NCBI GenBank assembly: GCA_023334545.1
Contig: JAADVB010000069.1
Span: forward strand, 1 to 64,000
Length of the DNA: 64,000 bases
Reading direction: 5' to 3'
Source of the DNA: Salisapilia sapeloensis CBS 127946
Lineage: Eukaryota; Protista; Oomycota
Positions 50,985 through 61,987 of this stretch are shown here, piece by piece. The position numbers and the translations under genes are program-made. The notes under the pieces were generated by a model. The model saw only the letters and a program-made list of their open reading frames with translations. It ran no database searches and had not been told where the DNA came from. Within the stretch, counting starts at the first letter, position 1, and every line of letters starts with the position of its first letter.

Positions 50985-51715
50985 TTTCTTCGCATTAATA
51001 CACCAGCCTTCGTCCAAATGATTCGAAAGCATTCTAGCTAGCTATTTCCATGGCTTCACAAGAGACTCTGCCTTCCACTGCTTCCATCTACTACAGAATG
51101 GTGCGTGTGTCGAAATAGGCATGAAGGTAGATGGATATTTGTATCGTGCTTGAATAGCCTACCATTATGACTTGCTTACAGACATCCCAACAAGCTAAAA
51201 ATGCTTCTGGTCTACGCGACAAGTACACTTTGTAGGCAGGCCGGAATCCATGATCAGGTGGATTCGATACAAAGAAGCCTCATATTATAATAGAAGGATG
51301 CCGTTGCTGCTTCGATGATCCTTCATATCAAGAACAAAGGGAAGGTACGACACCCAAAGCCAAGATCAGTCAAGATATACAACAGTATGGCATATTTGTA
51401 AACTTGGTGGGTGCCATATCATTCCAAATCTTCTCTCATGGGAACTTAATAGACTCCACATCTTTTTACACTATAAGCTAAGAATATTATTTGCAGAAGT
51501 CTTACCTTAAACTAGCATATAATCAAACAAATATACATACTCAAGTGCAAATGAATTGCGCTCGAGTGAAGCTTTATCTTCCGACGATAAGGAGCGAGAG
51601 CAGCACAAAACATTTATATTTATTTTCCTCTATTTGTACAAATTACTGTTGAAATAGTTAAAATGCTATGTTTTGCTGATGTCTCTCCTCTGATTTTGTC
51701 ACTATAAAAAGTACC

Positions 51716-54080
51716 ATGAGTGCGAGCTCCGTGGACCGAGCTCGAGACGACGTTGTTGGCAGCACTAACTCCATGCAAGCCACCAACGACAATGCGAATG
51801 GAGATGCCATTGACCGGCAAGTAGAGCAATGTCTTCAGATGCTGCGTGGCAACTCGGACGAACACAAGTTTGCTGGATTATTGATGGTCGCCAAGCTGCC
51901 GGACATGACGAACGAACGAGTAGAACAAGTGCATCGAAGTGTCCTGGATACTGTCGGCACAGCGTTCTTCTATCGGCTATTACTGACAAAAGGTAGATCC
52001 TATCTCTACTCCTCTACCGTCTCTACTGTCGTCGAAATGTGACTGACATGTATATTGCGTTCATAGGACCAAATGAAGAGGAAGAAGACGACATGACATT
52101 CCTTAAACTCGGACTTAACCTCATCTCTGGGTATGCTTACTACGAACTACATTGCGTCTGGAGTTATTGACAACCTTCCGTAGCTTTTGCCGGAATCAGA
52201 GCATTGCGGGTGAATTCGCTCAAGAGCAGCTTCTACGCTTCCTTCTGGAACAGCTGAATACGAGCAAGCTAAGCGAAATTCATCACGACTGTCTTAGTAT
52301 CCTCGGACACATTGCATCGACACCGAAAGGAGTCGATCTACTCACGCAAGAAACTCTTCTCACACGTATCTTTTCTGCTTTAAAGCAGTCTTCCCGTGCT
52401 GCACACGATCAAGAGACGGAAGAAAACGAGGATGAAGAGCCGACAAAGCAACGATCAAGCTCCACAGATCTTTCGCAGACGGTGGATGGCTTCTGGGCTC
52501 TGTTCGAGCAGCTTTCTGCTTCCTCCACCTACTGGCAAAACCTCCACCACTGTGATTTCTCATTCATTTGTTCCTCTTTCACGCAACTACGTGGTCATAC
52601 GTCTCGACGTGTCCTCAGTGTCTTCTTAAACTACCTTCCGCTCCTGGAATCGAGCCAGGCGCCTGCCGAACTACTCACTAGCCAATGTCTATCGGACATT
52701 CGCATCGGCATCTTGCGCTTCTTACGCGCCAAGTGGCCTCATCAAGAACGAGACGACTGTTTACGCCTTCTGAACCTCTTGATGGAGCAAGCTGGTGTCG
52801 CTTGGATGCTCCCAGGCACCACGCTTCGGTCTCAAATTCCACCGGAAGAAGTGTCTGGTGGCAAATTCATCCTTTTTCTCTTTAAACTAGTGTCTATGGA
52901 GATCAAATTGATGCTAGATGAAGTGGAACTAGCTGTCGTTCGTCCGGAGGCAGAAGAAAAGTTTGAACAAGTGGAGGAACAGGAACGACGGGAAAAGGAA
53001 GTGAGTCGTGTCCTACGGATGCTACCAATATGCTACAATATCGTAGAAACAATCATTGGACAGCTTGTGGCGAGTGATAACGACGACCTCGTCTTGCCGT
53101 ACGACGTTCTTGTCGAGATGAAAGAAGCTGTGACACAAGCCTTTGCGGTTGTATTAGAATTCCTTACGTTGGCGAGAGGATACATGGACACACATCGTTT
53201 CCAGCAGCTTACAGAAGAGCAAGACGAAAGTGTGTATCAGTTGCATGCTGTCGTCTACGCCAGCATCCGTGTCGTGAGCTCCTGGATCGCAGAAGATGTA
53301 GATGCTTGTCTCTCTCAAATCATCGATCTCGTCCCATTCCTCGTCTGCTACCAGCCGATGCTCAATCGTCTTCCACAAGTAGATTCGGACGATGAAGTGG
53401 ATTCAGATGATGAACTCGCAGACCTCTCGACACAGTTCCACCGTTTCAACGCACATGACGTCGATCCTCTCCACTTTTTACTTCCAGGTCTACTACAAGT
53501 GAGTGCTGTACCGGAAGGCGCGGCGGAGATGGCAGAGAACAAGCTTGTGCTGAAGCGAGTGATGCAGTTCTGTTGCTCCATGTGTATCGAAATGTCAGAA
53601 GGAGTGGCCGAGCACGGGAGTATCCCGACACTAACACTGTGTCTTGGTGTCCTGATCAACTTGATCTTGATCCGAGGTAGTGGAGGTGAGACCGTGGATT
53701 CTACGAATGACTTGCCTAATAGTGAAGAGTGGTTCCGAGCGCTCGGCTTCTTGCTGCCGGTTGCGTGTGCGAGTGGAAAGCAACTGGAGGCAGATGACAC
53801 GTTGACTGGAGAGGAGAGAGGGGAAGACGATCGATATGTGATGCTACTACATGCTATGTGCGTCGTACTACTGATTGGAAGTCACTTCCAAGAGACAAAG
53901 AAGCGACCCTGCAGGTTACCAGAGGCGGTGGGAGATCTCGTGGATCCGTTCAACGCTTCACTCAAGTGGCTTATGGCCAACCCTCCTGACGTTGCTTCTG
54001 AATCGAGCATGGATTTGTTCCAACTCGTGCAGTCTGTCGCCGCGAGGTGTCAAGTCACGCACCAACTAGTTGCTGTATAA
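51716..54080 (+). CDS. NCDN: Neurochondrin-like ARM/HEAT protein; two short 5' introns
   Basis: CLQMLRGNSDEHKFAGLLMVAK, FFYRLLLT, LVSMEIKLMLDE, ASIRVVSSWIAED and DPLHFLLPGLLQV match the neurochondrin family pattern. Confidence 0.75.
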
Positions 54081-54149
54081 TTCTTGATTGAAATGAAGAT
54101 GGGTATTGATCTACTACTTTGTCGTTTCACGTGCGAATCATGCAAGTAC

Positions 54150-57100
54150 TGGTAGTGATCGAAAAATTCCTTTGCGTGGTAAGCGATTCATTGTACACCT
54201 TTATCGGAGATCTTACATGTACATGCAGTCTTGTTCCTCTAGACATGGTACTGACAAGAGCTAGTAGAAAGAATTGGAATATTTAGGATCTACTAGTTAT
54301 AGTGATGAGAATCTTGGGTCAAGAACATGCTCTATATGCTTCGATCTAGAGATAAAGAATGCATTTCGGGACGTTTATATTACTGCATCCTCCGAGTGGA
54401 GTATCAATTCACGAGTGGATATTAATACTGGAGCATATTGCTTGCTTTTTTATACTAGTGATCAGCTTGACGACATTTCGGTTTGGAGCATATTTGCCGG
54501 CACAACAATAGTAGAGACGATCTCTACATAAGAAAAAGAGACTGGATTAGAAATTCGTGGAGCTGCTTTGATTTTTGCATTGTCGTGGATTAGAATTTGA
54601 TTCTCCATCCTTTCCTTCCGTTGCGTATCTTTTATAGTAGGAATGAAGAAATTATACGCTAAGATTCTTTGTTACTGGATTTATCAAAACAACGTGAGCC
54701 CAGACAACTGACCTTTTATTCATGCTTCTTCATGGTGTTTCCAGTAGGTAACGTAATTAATAGTGTCTGGGCTAAGTATTTATTAAGCATAGCTTTCTTG
54801 AATAGACGAAAAGACAAAGTTGATTTCAAAGTTACCATCTCCTACTCCACAACCAACCTTGCTCTAAGTTTATCCTTCCGACTGAGCGTTCTGCTCAACG
54901 TAGTTTTCTGTCAGTCTCCTTCCAGCCGATCTTTCCGCACGCACCTTCAGGATATATCACGCTTCAAGTTGACATCGAGTAATCGTCAGATAACTAAAAA
55001 CGGTACACATGCCTGCGAGCACCTGACGCTCAAATCCTCGCTCATATCAGCTTATTGCTAAGGTGCACCATAGGCTTCCTCTCCTTTCTTACTTACGAAT
55101 GCTATTGTAGCTAGATAGCCTCTATCTTGTGCATGAGAGCTGGTAGATCCCTCAAAGTTTTCAAAGCATTGCTCGTGGAGAGACTCCCATACATCCGCAG
55201 ACCCTGTGTTTTCACAACTTACGAAAGACTCTGGTGTAAAGACGCAAATGACGAAAGCAGGGAATAGAAGTCGATGCGCGAACATTTTCCTGATGCTTGA
55301 TTATATACTTGTAAACGTCGTGAGAGTTGGAAGCCTAATGTCGAAATGAGCACTCCACTACTTTTGGATTCATGAGATCCCGAGGATTGCGTGAGAATTG
55401 GAGGATGTGGTCATGTACGCGAACTTGACTGTCATAGTGTTCATGGTAACTTCGAAGAATTGTTTTCGAAACGTCTTCGGTATAGAGAGCAGGCCATGGA
55501 TTGCTTGGCATTTATAGATGATAATTTTTATAGCTTGATTGTTGAGCGTCATAACATACCTCGGTTTGTGTTTCTATCGATTCCATCTTCTTGCGCATGA
55601 GGAGCACTTGATGTAAAGCATTCTTATTAGAAGATGGAATCTGGTCGCTGCATGAAATAGAAAGTGGCTTGAAGGTCATCCGAGGTTAATCCGAATCCAG
55701 ATATAACCTTACACTGAACAAAACTGTGTAGACTTTCGAACTTAATCTACGAGCACTAGCTTTGCACTAAAGAAGTGGGTCAAAGCTGAAAAAAGCAATT
55801 TGACTACAGAAAATGTTTCTCGTTCCGAAAAACTTAATAATGAGGTTAATGTGATAGGGCTAGCGCAAGAGAAACCACCGTTCTAGCTGAGTGGTTAGAA
55901 GCAAAATATGCTCTCCAATACGATTAATAGGGGGTCAAAGTTAATAAAAATTGGGCTTAAATTGAGGCTTTGTTTTTGCTTACTTCTATGCACGGTTCTT
56001 GCTTATGCTTATTATAAATTCAAGCTACGTATGGAGGTGGCTTAAAATGATTTTAAACAGAAGCGACGCTTCATACGGCAACTTGCTCATTATTTTAACT
56101 TAATGCACGAAAGTAAGCAAATGGATCTGCTTATTTGTAACTTCAAACGGACTGACAGTTGGTGCCTAAAGCTGCTTAGAGGTAGAGCGATAGGCTGCGT
56201 AATATCAATCGCATAAGTTGTATCTTTGACCTCATAATATGCGCAGGATAAAATCATTCGGGGTATGGAAGTTTGGCCGGAAAGCACAATGTCTTTCATC
56301 AATACATTTGTTTGAGTTGACTTTTATAGCTATGCTCCTAGTTCATGCCCGTAAGCTATTTCGACATAGCCTATCATGAAGAGTAAATGGTGGAATATAA
56401 GAGCGTCTCGGAGCGTTGTCTTTTACGCCATGTACATACTGTTGATCCAGGGCGTAATTTGACGACAATGTCCCAAGATGTTCTGCATTGTAAAATTTTA
56501 ATGTTATACCCAGTATGCACTCTGGATGGATGACAAGTCCTCTGCAACGCCTTCCGATCAATCTTTTTGCACATCAGATTCTAGTAGAAATTGACCAGAA
56601 AGTCGAGGTTTTGTATTCCTAGGCAAGTGTTATGCAATGGAAACGTAGTCCGCAAATACACTTTATCAAGGACAATGCGACGAAATCGAAGCCTCCAAGT
56701 TTCCACAACCCCTTCACCGTTAGCATGCAATTCTGGGTGTCTATAATCTCTGTTGCAGAGCCTAACTGACGCTTACTCTTTCTGGCTTTCTCTCGAGCTA
56801 CTTCCAAATTTGCCGCTGCTAAAGTAGGCATAACATTGGTCGAGCAAGCCTAGCATTTGCAGTGAGAACTATACACCTCCTAGCGATTTACGGTAGCAGC
56901 AGCAGATGACAGAATGTCCACTATCTATTCGTGCTAATGTCGACATAGTGAATCTATTGGGTAATTCAGATCACTAATCTAGTTTAGAGACCCTTGAATG
57001 AGTGCGGAACAAAGGCAAGCTACTCCTCTCTGTTACTTTGTTTTGTATTTCCAGGCAGAATTCGATCCGCAGCTGACATGCGTTTTGATCGTGCTACAAA

Positions 57101-57550
57101 GATCCATAAATTGTATCAGCGCCATCGATGGAATGTCGGATTTCGAAGCGGCTGAGTAGCATGCTGAAGATTTATTTAGATGGGCATTAAAGTTGGATGC
57201 ATGAGCTCTTCTATCATCTATAAAAGCAAAAGTGAGCTTTATCTCCGTCGATTCTGACCGGATATTTCCTGTAAAAGATATCGTTATTCTGACATCCATC
57301 AAGGGAAGGTCTCTATACTGATCGATCCTGACACCCAGTCGTTAACTCGTATAAGATTAAAAGCCAACACCCCCCCCAAATAGATTCTTGTTGCCGTTCA
57401 TCCATTACCTCTACGCTACTAAAAAAGATGTGGTTCAGTATCACGTCCTCCAACTCGTACGCGTCCAACCCAGGACCAGATCCAAGTTCAACTCGAGCAT
57501 ACATTTCTCAAGTCATCCACAATCAGACGACACGTCGCGACAGTAACTGA
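54150..57550. other. AT-richer ~3.4 kb gene-free interval with fragmented short ORFs; possible decayed TE or pseudogene
   Basis: Only ORFs of 130 aa or less, on both strands, in an otherwise wall-to-wall gene-dense window. No recognisable domain. Confidence 0.3.
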
Positions 57551-57683
57551 CGTCTGCGTTTATCTCCACAGACGCTGGAATAGAACCAGTCCTCACACCT
57601 GAATTATCCTCCGACCGTTCACGCCTTCGGATCCAACAGCTCCAAGAAGCTATTAACGTACTTTACGTGTCCAAGGAAGCGTC

Positions 57684-59033
57684 ATGAAAACTTCCTACGC
57701 CTTCTACCTCACCATTGGGGCGGTCGCGCTCCTGACTGGCGCCACCGTCGCAGACGTCAAGGAACCACCCAAGTATTACTGCGAGTCGGACGCAGACTGT
57801 AAGAAGAACTTCCCAGGTACCGTCTGCATCACGGTCGACAGCTATGGCATCAAGTACAGCAAATGCACGCCCAACACCAAGGAGCGTCCTGCGTGCCGAG
57901 GCGCGCAGCCTGGTATGTGCCCGTCATACCAGAGCCCGGAGAGTGATTATCTGAACGCCCACTGCGTCTTCGTCGCCAAGGACGATGTTGATGTCGACGA
58001 TGAGGATGAAAGCCCCGCTACTTCTGGGGAAGAAAGCGAAGCGGATGAAAGCACGAGTGGATCGGAAGAGGAAGCTTCGGAAGAGAGCTCGAGCGACCGT
58101 CGTCGCTTGGCCAGTGGTTCGGAAGATACCTCTACTAGCGATAAAGCAGCGTCCGACTCTACCTCTACCAAGTCATCTACTAGCTCTAAATCTACAGCAA
58201 AGTCTGCTGCTGCCGAGGAATCTGCTGCCTCGGAAGTTGATGAGAAGTCTGCTGCGTCTGAATCCTCTACCGCAACCGATGAATCGGCCACTGAGGACGA
58301 ATCTGCTGAAGCTGAGCCGATTGATACAGATAAGTACACGACCGTGACGATCAACAAGAAGAAGGTGAGTGGCGAATTTATGTGTGTCGACGTCTCGGAT
58401 TGCGAGAACAAGGCGTACGATCCGTCCTCTTGTGAATCGAAAAATTGCGGATCTCCTGGTAGTAAAGAGATTTGCACCCACCAGGGTACATGCACATATG
58501 CGACGAAGCAAAAGATGAGCCAACGAAGCTGCATGTGCTACAAGGGCTACGATGGACTCAAGTGTGAACGCGAAGTTTCGGGCGAATGTGATGTTGACTG
58601 TGGCTACGGTGGTGACTGTGTCGACGGCGAGTGTGTGTGCAAGGCAGGATACGATGGCAAGAAGGTTGATGGCAAGCAGGGAAAGCCAAACCGCCGTTGC
58701 TCTCGCTGCACGAACGATCTCGCTTGCCAGAACGACAACAAGTGTGAACTTGAGACTGGCACGTGCAGCTGCAGCCCTGGCTTTAAGGGCCCGACGTGCG
58801 GTGCTACGGAAGACTCTTGCACGACCAAGGACTGTGGCGAGAAGGGTAGCTGTCAGGTCTTTGGCAACGGTACGTCTGCCTGCTGGTGCACTTTCATGAA
58901 CCCGGACAAGGTCCTGTGCGACGGTACGGACTGCAGCGACTGTGAGGTGGACGGCGCAAACGTCTACTTCCCGAGTGGACTGGTGCTTGGCGTTACTAGT
59001 GTTGTCATTGCGTTGGCACAAGTCGTTTTCTAA
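57684..59033 (+). CDS. Secreted/surface EGF-like repeat protein with Ser/Glu/Ala-rich spacer and C-terminal hydrophobic anchor
   Basis: Signal peptide MKTSYAFYLTIGAVALLTGATVA, Cys-rich N-domain, low-complexity SEA region, EGF-like CMCYKGYDGLKC / CVCKAGYDG / CSCSPGFKGPTC, terminal GLVLGVTSVVIALAQVVF. Confidence 0.8.
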   Translation: MKTSYAFYLTIGAVALLTGATVADVKEPPKYYCESDADCKKNFPGTVCITVDSYGIKYSKCTPNTKERPACRGAQPGMCPSYQSPESDYLNAHCVFVAKDDVDVDDEDESPATSGEESEADESTSGSEEEASEESSSDRRRLASGSEDTSTSDKAASDSTSTKSSTSSKSTAKSAAAEESAASEVDEKSAASESSTATDESATEDESAEAEPIDTDKYTTVTINKKKVSGEFMCVDVSDCENKAYDPSSCESKNCGSPGSKEICTHQGTCTYATKQKMSQRSCMCYKGYDGLKCEREVSGECDVDCGYGGDCVDGECVCKAGYDGKKVDGKQGKPNRRCSRCTNDLACQNDNKCELETGTCSCSPGFKGPTCGATEDSCTTKDCGEKGSCQVFGNGTSACWCTFMNPDKVLCDGTDCSDCEVDGANVYFPSGLVLGVTSVVIALAQVVF

Positions 59034-59106
59034 GTCTCTTTGTCCTCTTTGCAAGGATTACAATACCACTCTACTTTTACATACCTCTGGAAACGAAATG
59101 ATTTGT

Positions 59107-59436
59107 TTATTGGGCTTGATCGACACTCATCATGAGCGTGATCGTGTCGCCTTTTAGAAGGATACGACCGATGGGCGTACGTGTGAGCTTCTTCACGTCT
59201 AGTTCCTGCGCGTCGTCTAGCACGAGGTTCATGTATTCGTCGAAACCCATGATACGGCCTTCAATACGCGTGCTCGTGTTCTCATACAGCCAGACTTGTA
59301 CCCTCGATTTCTATAAGGTGAATATTAGATGGATTTGATGATGCAGGTAGAGAAAATAGGTATGATGTACGTTCTGGAGGAACCGGAACATGAGGTTGAT
59401 CGGCTGGGTCATGGGTTTCTGGACCTTGGTGCTCAT
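59107..59436 (-). CDS. SNRPE: Small nuclear ribonucleoprotein Sm E; one intron
   Basis: [22 protein letters not shown] | [37 protein letters not shown]...[12 protein letters not shown]. Confidence 0.96.
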
Positions 59437-59965
59437 GATGCTTGCTTGTGATTAAAATTCAGTCGATCGACGTGTCTAAAAAGTGGGTCTGTATGTTCAC
59501 AGAAGACGAGAGAGCGGGCGAAAGGAGTACATCATCGGATTCCAAATTGACAAAAGTGTTAGATTAACTGTAAAGACTTGAGGAATACGCAGCATGCGGA
59601 GAGCGTACCTGTGCCAAAGAGATGCTGTCGAATGGATTCCCCGGCAGCGCTCTTGCGTTTGAGTCGAGCAGTATTGATCATATTTTTAACCAATTAAGCA
59701 TAAGTCAAAGAAAATAGCGTTTATATGATTGGATGAAATGAAAATACGCTGGAGTACCTTACTGAGACGGACCGTAGAGCTTGTATATGAAGCGTCCGAT
59801 CTACTTGCCACATTTTCTACTCTTTTCATCTTTTCTCATATCCTCTCCTTTCACAAATGATAACGAGACATAGCTTTATTATCATTTCGTGTTGCGTATA
59901 CAAATGTCATCTCCTAACACGCAAACTTGAAGTTATCACGTTTGCATCGTTTTTTCCACCAACGA

Positions 59966-59981
59966 GCTCACTTCAGAATTC
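59966..59981 (+). promoter_or_regulatory. Oomycete Inr+FPR core promoter of carnitine acyltransferase
   Basis: GCTCACTTCAGAATTC ending 10 nt before ATG 59992. Confidence 0.5.
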
Positions 59982-59991
59982 CATCTAGAGC

Positions 59992-61860
59992 ATGCGAGTC
60001 ACAGCCGCGAAGCGAGGGGCATCCATGCTGCTCAAGCGCTCTTTTGCCAGCTACGGTGCGCCCATCCAGCCTGGATGGTTCAAACGCTTGACCGAGACGA
60101 ACCACTATGATCTCCCTCGATTGCCCATCCCTCGTCTCGAAGACACGATCCAGCGATATCTGAACACGATTCAGCCTCTCGTCTCGGAAGAAGAGTGGCA
60201 GGAGCACGCCAACTTGGCTCAGCAGTTCATGGACCAAGAGGGACGTAAGCTGCAGGATGAACTTTTGAAGCGAGAGTTAAACCAGGTCATGGGCAAGGCC
60301 TATCCATTCAGTTACATTGAGCAAGATTGGGATCAAATGTACCTCGGTGGTCGATACGAAGCTCCAATCAATGTCAACCCTGCGTATGGACTTGCAGACG
60401 AAACAGAGGCTCACTTGAAAGACTCTGTCCCTCGCACAGCAGCCTTTGTTCGATCTCTTGTCAAGTGGTGGGACAAAGTGAAGAGCGGCGACTTGGAGCA
60501 AGATCCGAAGCAGTGCATGTCTGCTTTCGCCAAGCAGCTAGGTAGTGCAAAGATTCCGCGCCAAGGCATGGATCAGCTCATGTGCTCTCCTCGATCGAGC
60601 CACATCGCTGTCCTGCACAACGGCCAGTACTTCCAACTCCACGTCCTCAGTCCCGATGGCAAGCAGCTCATTTCACAAAAGGATTTAGAGGAACAGCTTG
60701 AGGCTATCTGGAACTCGAATGAAGCGGATGGTAGGGATCAGGACGTTGATATCTCTGCCTTGACCGCAACCGAACGAGACGAGTGGGCACAGCTCCGAGA
60801 GAGATTGATTCAGGACGACGTCAACAAGGCGTCACTTGAAACCATCGACTCGGCGCTCTTTGTCCTTGTCCTAGACGAACAAGACGCCAACTCGGTTAAA
60901 GAAAGAATGGACTTGGCGCTGCATGGCAACGGTCGACACCGGTGGTTTGACAAGCTTCAGATCGGAGCACAGAAAGATGGCCACTTGACAATCAACTTTG
61001 AGCACTCTCACTCCGACGGAACGGTCTGGAACAGGTGGCTCCACGAAGTATGGCACGATATGCGTCAATCGGACTCTGGTTATTCCCCACTAAAGAACCT
61101 TCCGGACATGTCCAAGGCCCCAGCACCAGAAATCTTGCGTTGGAACCTATCCAACGACCTCGTAGACAGCGTCAAGAAAGCTGAAAGTGACTTTATGAAC
61201 TTCCGACAGACGCTCAACTCGGACTTTTTGCAGTACACGAATGTCACAAAGAAGCACTGCAAAGAATGGAAGCTCTCTCCCGATGGTGTCGCGCAAATGG
61301 CCTTCCAGCTTGCTTTCTACCGATTGCATGGACATGTACCTCCGACATACGAATCGTGCTCGACGAGAGGCTACCTGCATGGTCGCACGGAGACCATTCG
61401 GTCTGCCACGCCGGACGCTGCGGCATTTGTTAAAGCAGTGGAAGGTGGTGCAGCATTAGAAACGCAGCAAGACCTGATGAACGTTGCTATTGACAACCAC
61501 GTTCAAATGGCAAAGGCTGCCCAGAAGGGAAACGGAGTCGACCGCCACTTGATGGCGTTGGCGAACATTGCCAAGGAAAGTGGCGTGCCAAGTGAGTTCC
61601 TGGCGAGTCCCGTACGGGCCAAGAGCTCTGCGTTCCAGATCTCTTCGAGCAACGTCACGACACCGTTGCTGAACTACTTCCTCTTCGGTGCCGTCGTGCC
61701 GGATGGGTACGGTCTTGGCTACTTGATGCTGAACGACAGTGTGAACCTGTCGTTGACGAATTTCAACACGAGTGACGTAACGGACTTGCCCAAGTTCAAG
61801 ACAGGCGTCGCAGAGGCATTCGATACGATTAAGGCGTTAGCAGACTCGTCCAAGATGTAA
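59992..61860 (+). CDS. Mitochondrial carnitine O-acyltransferase (CPT2/CrAT family), intronless
   Basis: Presequence, LPRLPIPRLEDTIQRYL, RWFDK, FEHSHSDG (catalytic His), SPDGVAQMAFQLA, TYESCSTRGYLHGRTETIRS and GNGVDRHL. Confidence 0.95.
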   Translation: MRVTAAKRGASMLLKRSFASYGAPIQPGWFKRLTETNHYDLPRLPIPRLEDTIQRYLNTIQPLVSEEEWQEHANLAQQFMDQEGRKLQDELLKRELNQVMGKAYPFSYIEQDWDQMYLGGRYEAPINVNPAYGLADETEAHLKDSVPRTAAFVRSLVKWWDKVKSGDLEQDPKQCMSAFAKQLGSAKIPRQGMDQLMCSPRSSHIAVLHNGQYFQLHVLSPDGKQLISQKDLEEQLEAIWNSNEADGRDQDVDISALTATERDEWAQLRERLIQDDVNKASLETIDSALFVLVLDEQDANSVKERMDLALHGNGRHRWFDKLQIGAQKDGHLTINFEHSHSDGTVWNRWLHEVWHDMRQSDSGYSPLKNLPDMSKAPAPEILRWNLSNDLVDSVKKAESDFMNFRQTLNSDFLQYTNVTKKHCKEWKLSPDGVAQMAFQLAFYRLHGHVPPTYESCSTRGYLHGRTETIRSATPDAAAFVKAVEGGAALETQQDLMNVAIDNHVQMAKAAQKGNGVDRHLMALANIAKESGVPSEFLASPVRAKSSAFQISSSNVTTPLLNYFLFGAVVPDGYGLGYLMLNDSVNLSLTNFNTSDVTDLPKFKTGVAEAFDTIKALADSSKM

Positions 61861-61987
61861 GTCAAAGAGATCGTAGTGTCTTTCAACACGTTTAACAAAA
61901 TAGTCGTTTCTACCCCGTCTTACAACGTCTGTCTTTTATTACCACTTACGCTTCGATCATTACTCGTCTTGTGCTTGGAAGGCACGA

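Noticed and set aside
58090-58260. RRRL...EE in the secreted protein as an RxLR-dEER effector motif
   Set aside because: It is RRRL rather than RxLR, lies far from the signal peptide, and the protein is Cys-rich and surface-anchored.
58173-59054. 293-aa minus ORF over the EGF gene
   Set aside because: Antisense shadow of a GC-rich Cys/Gly gene; no independent features.
59720-59770. Box C/D snoRNA-like words (ATGA...CTGA) in the SmE-CPT intergenic region
   Set aside because: No canonical RUGAUGA box, no terminal stem, and no rRNA complement I can recognise.
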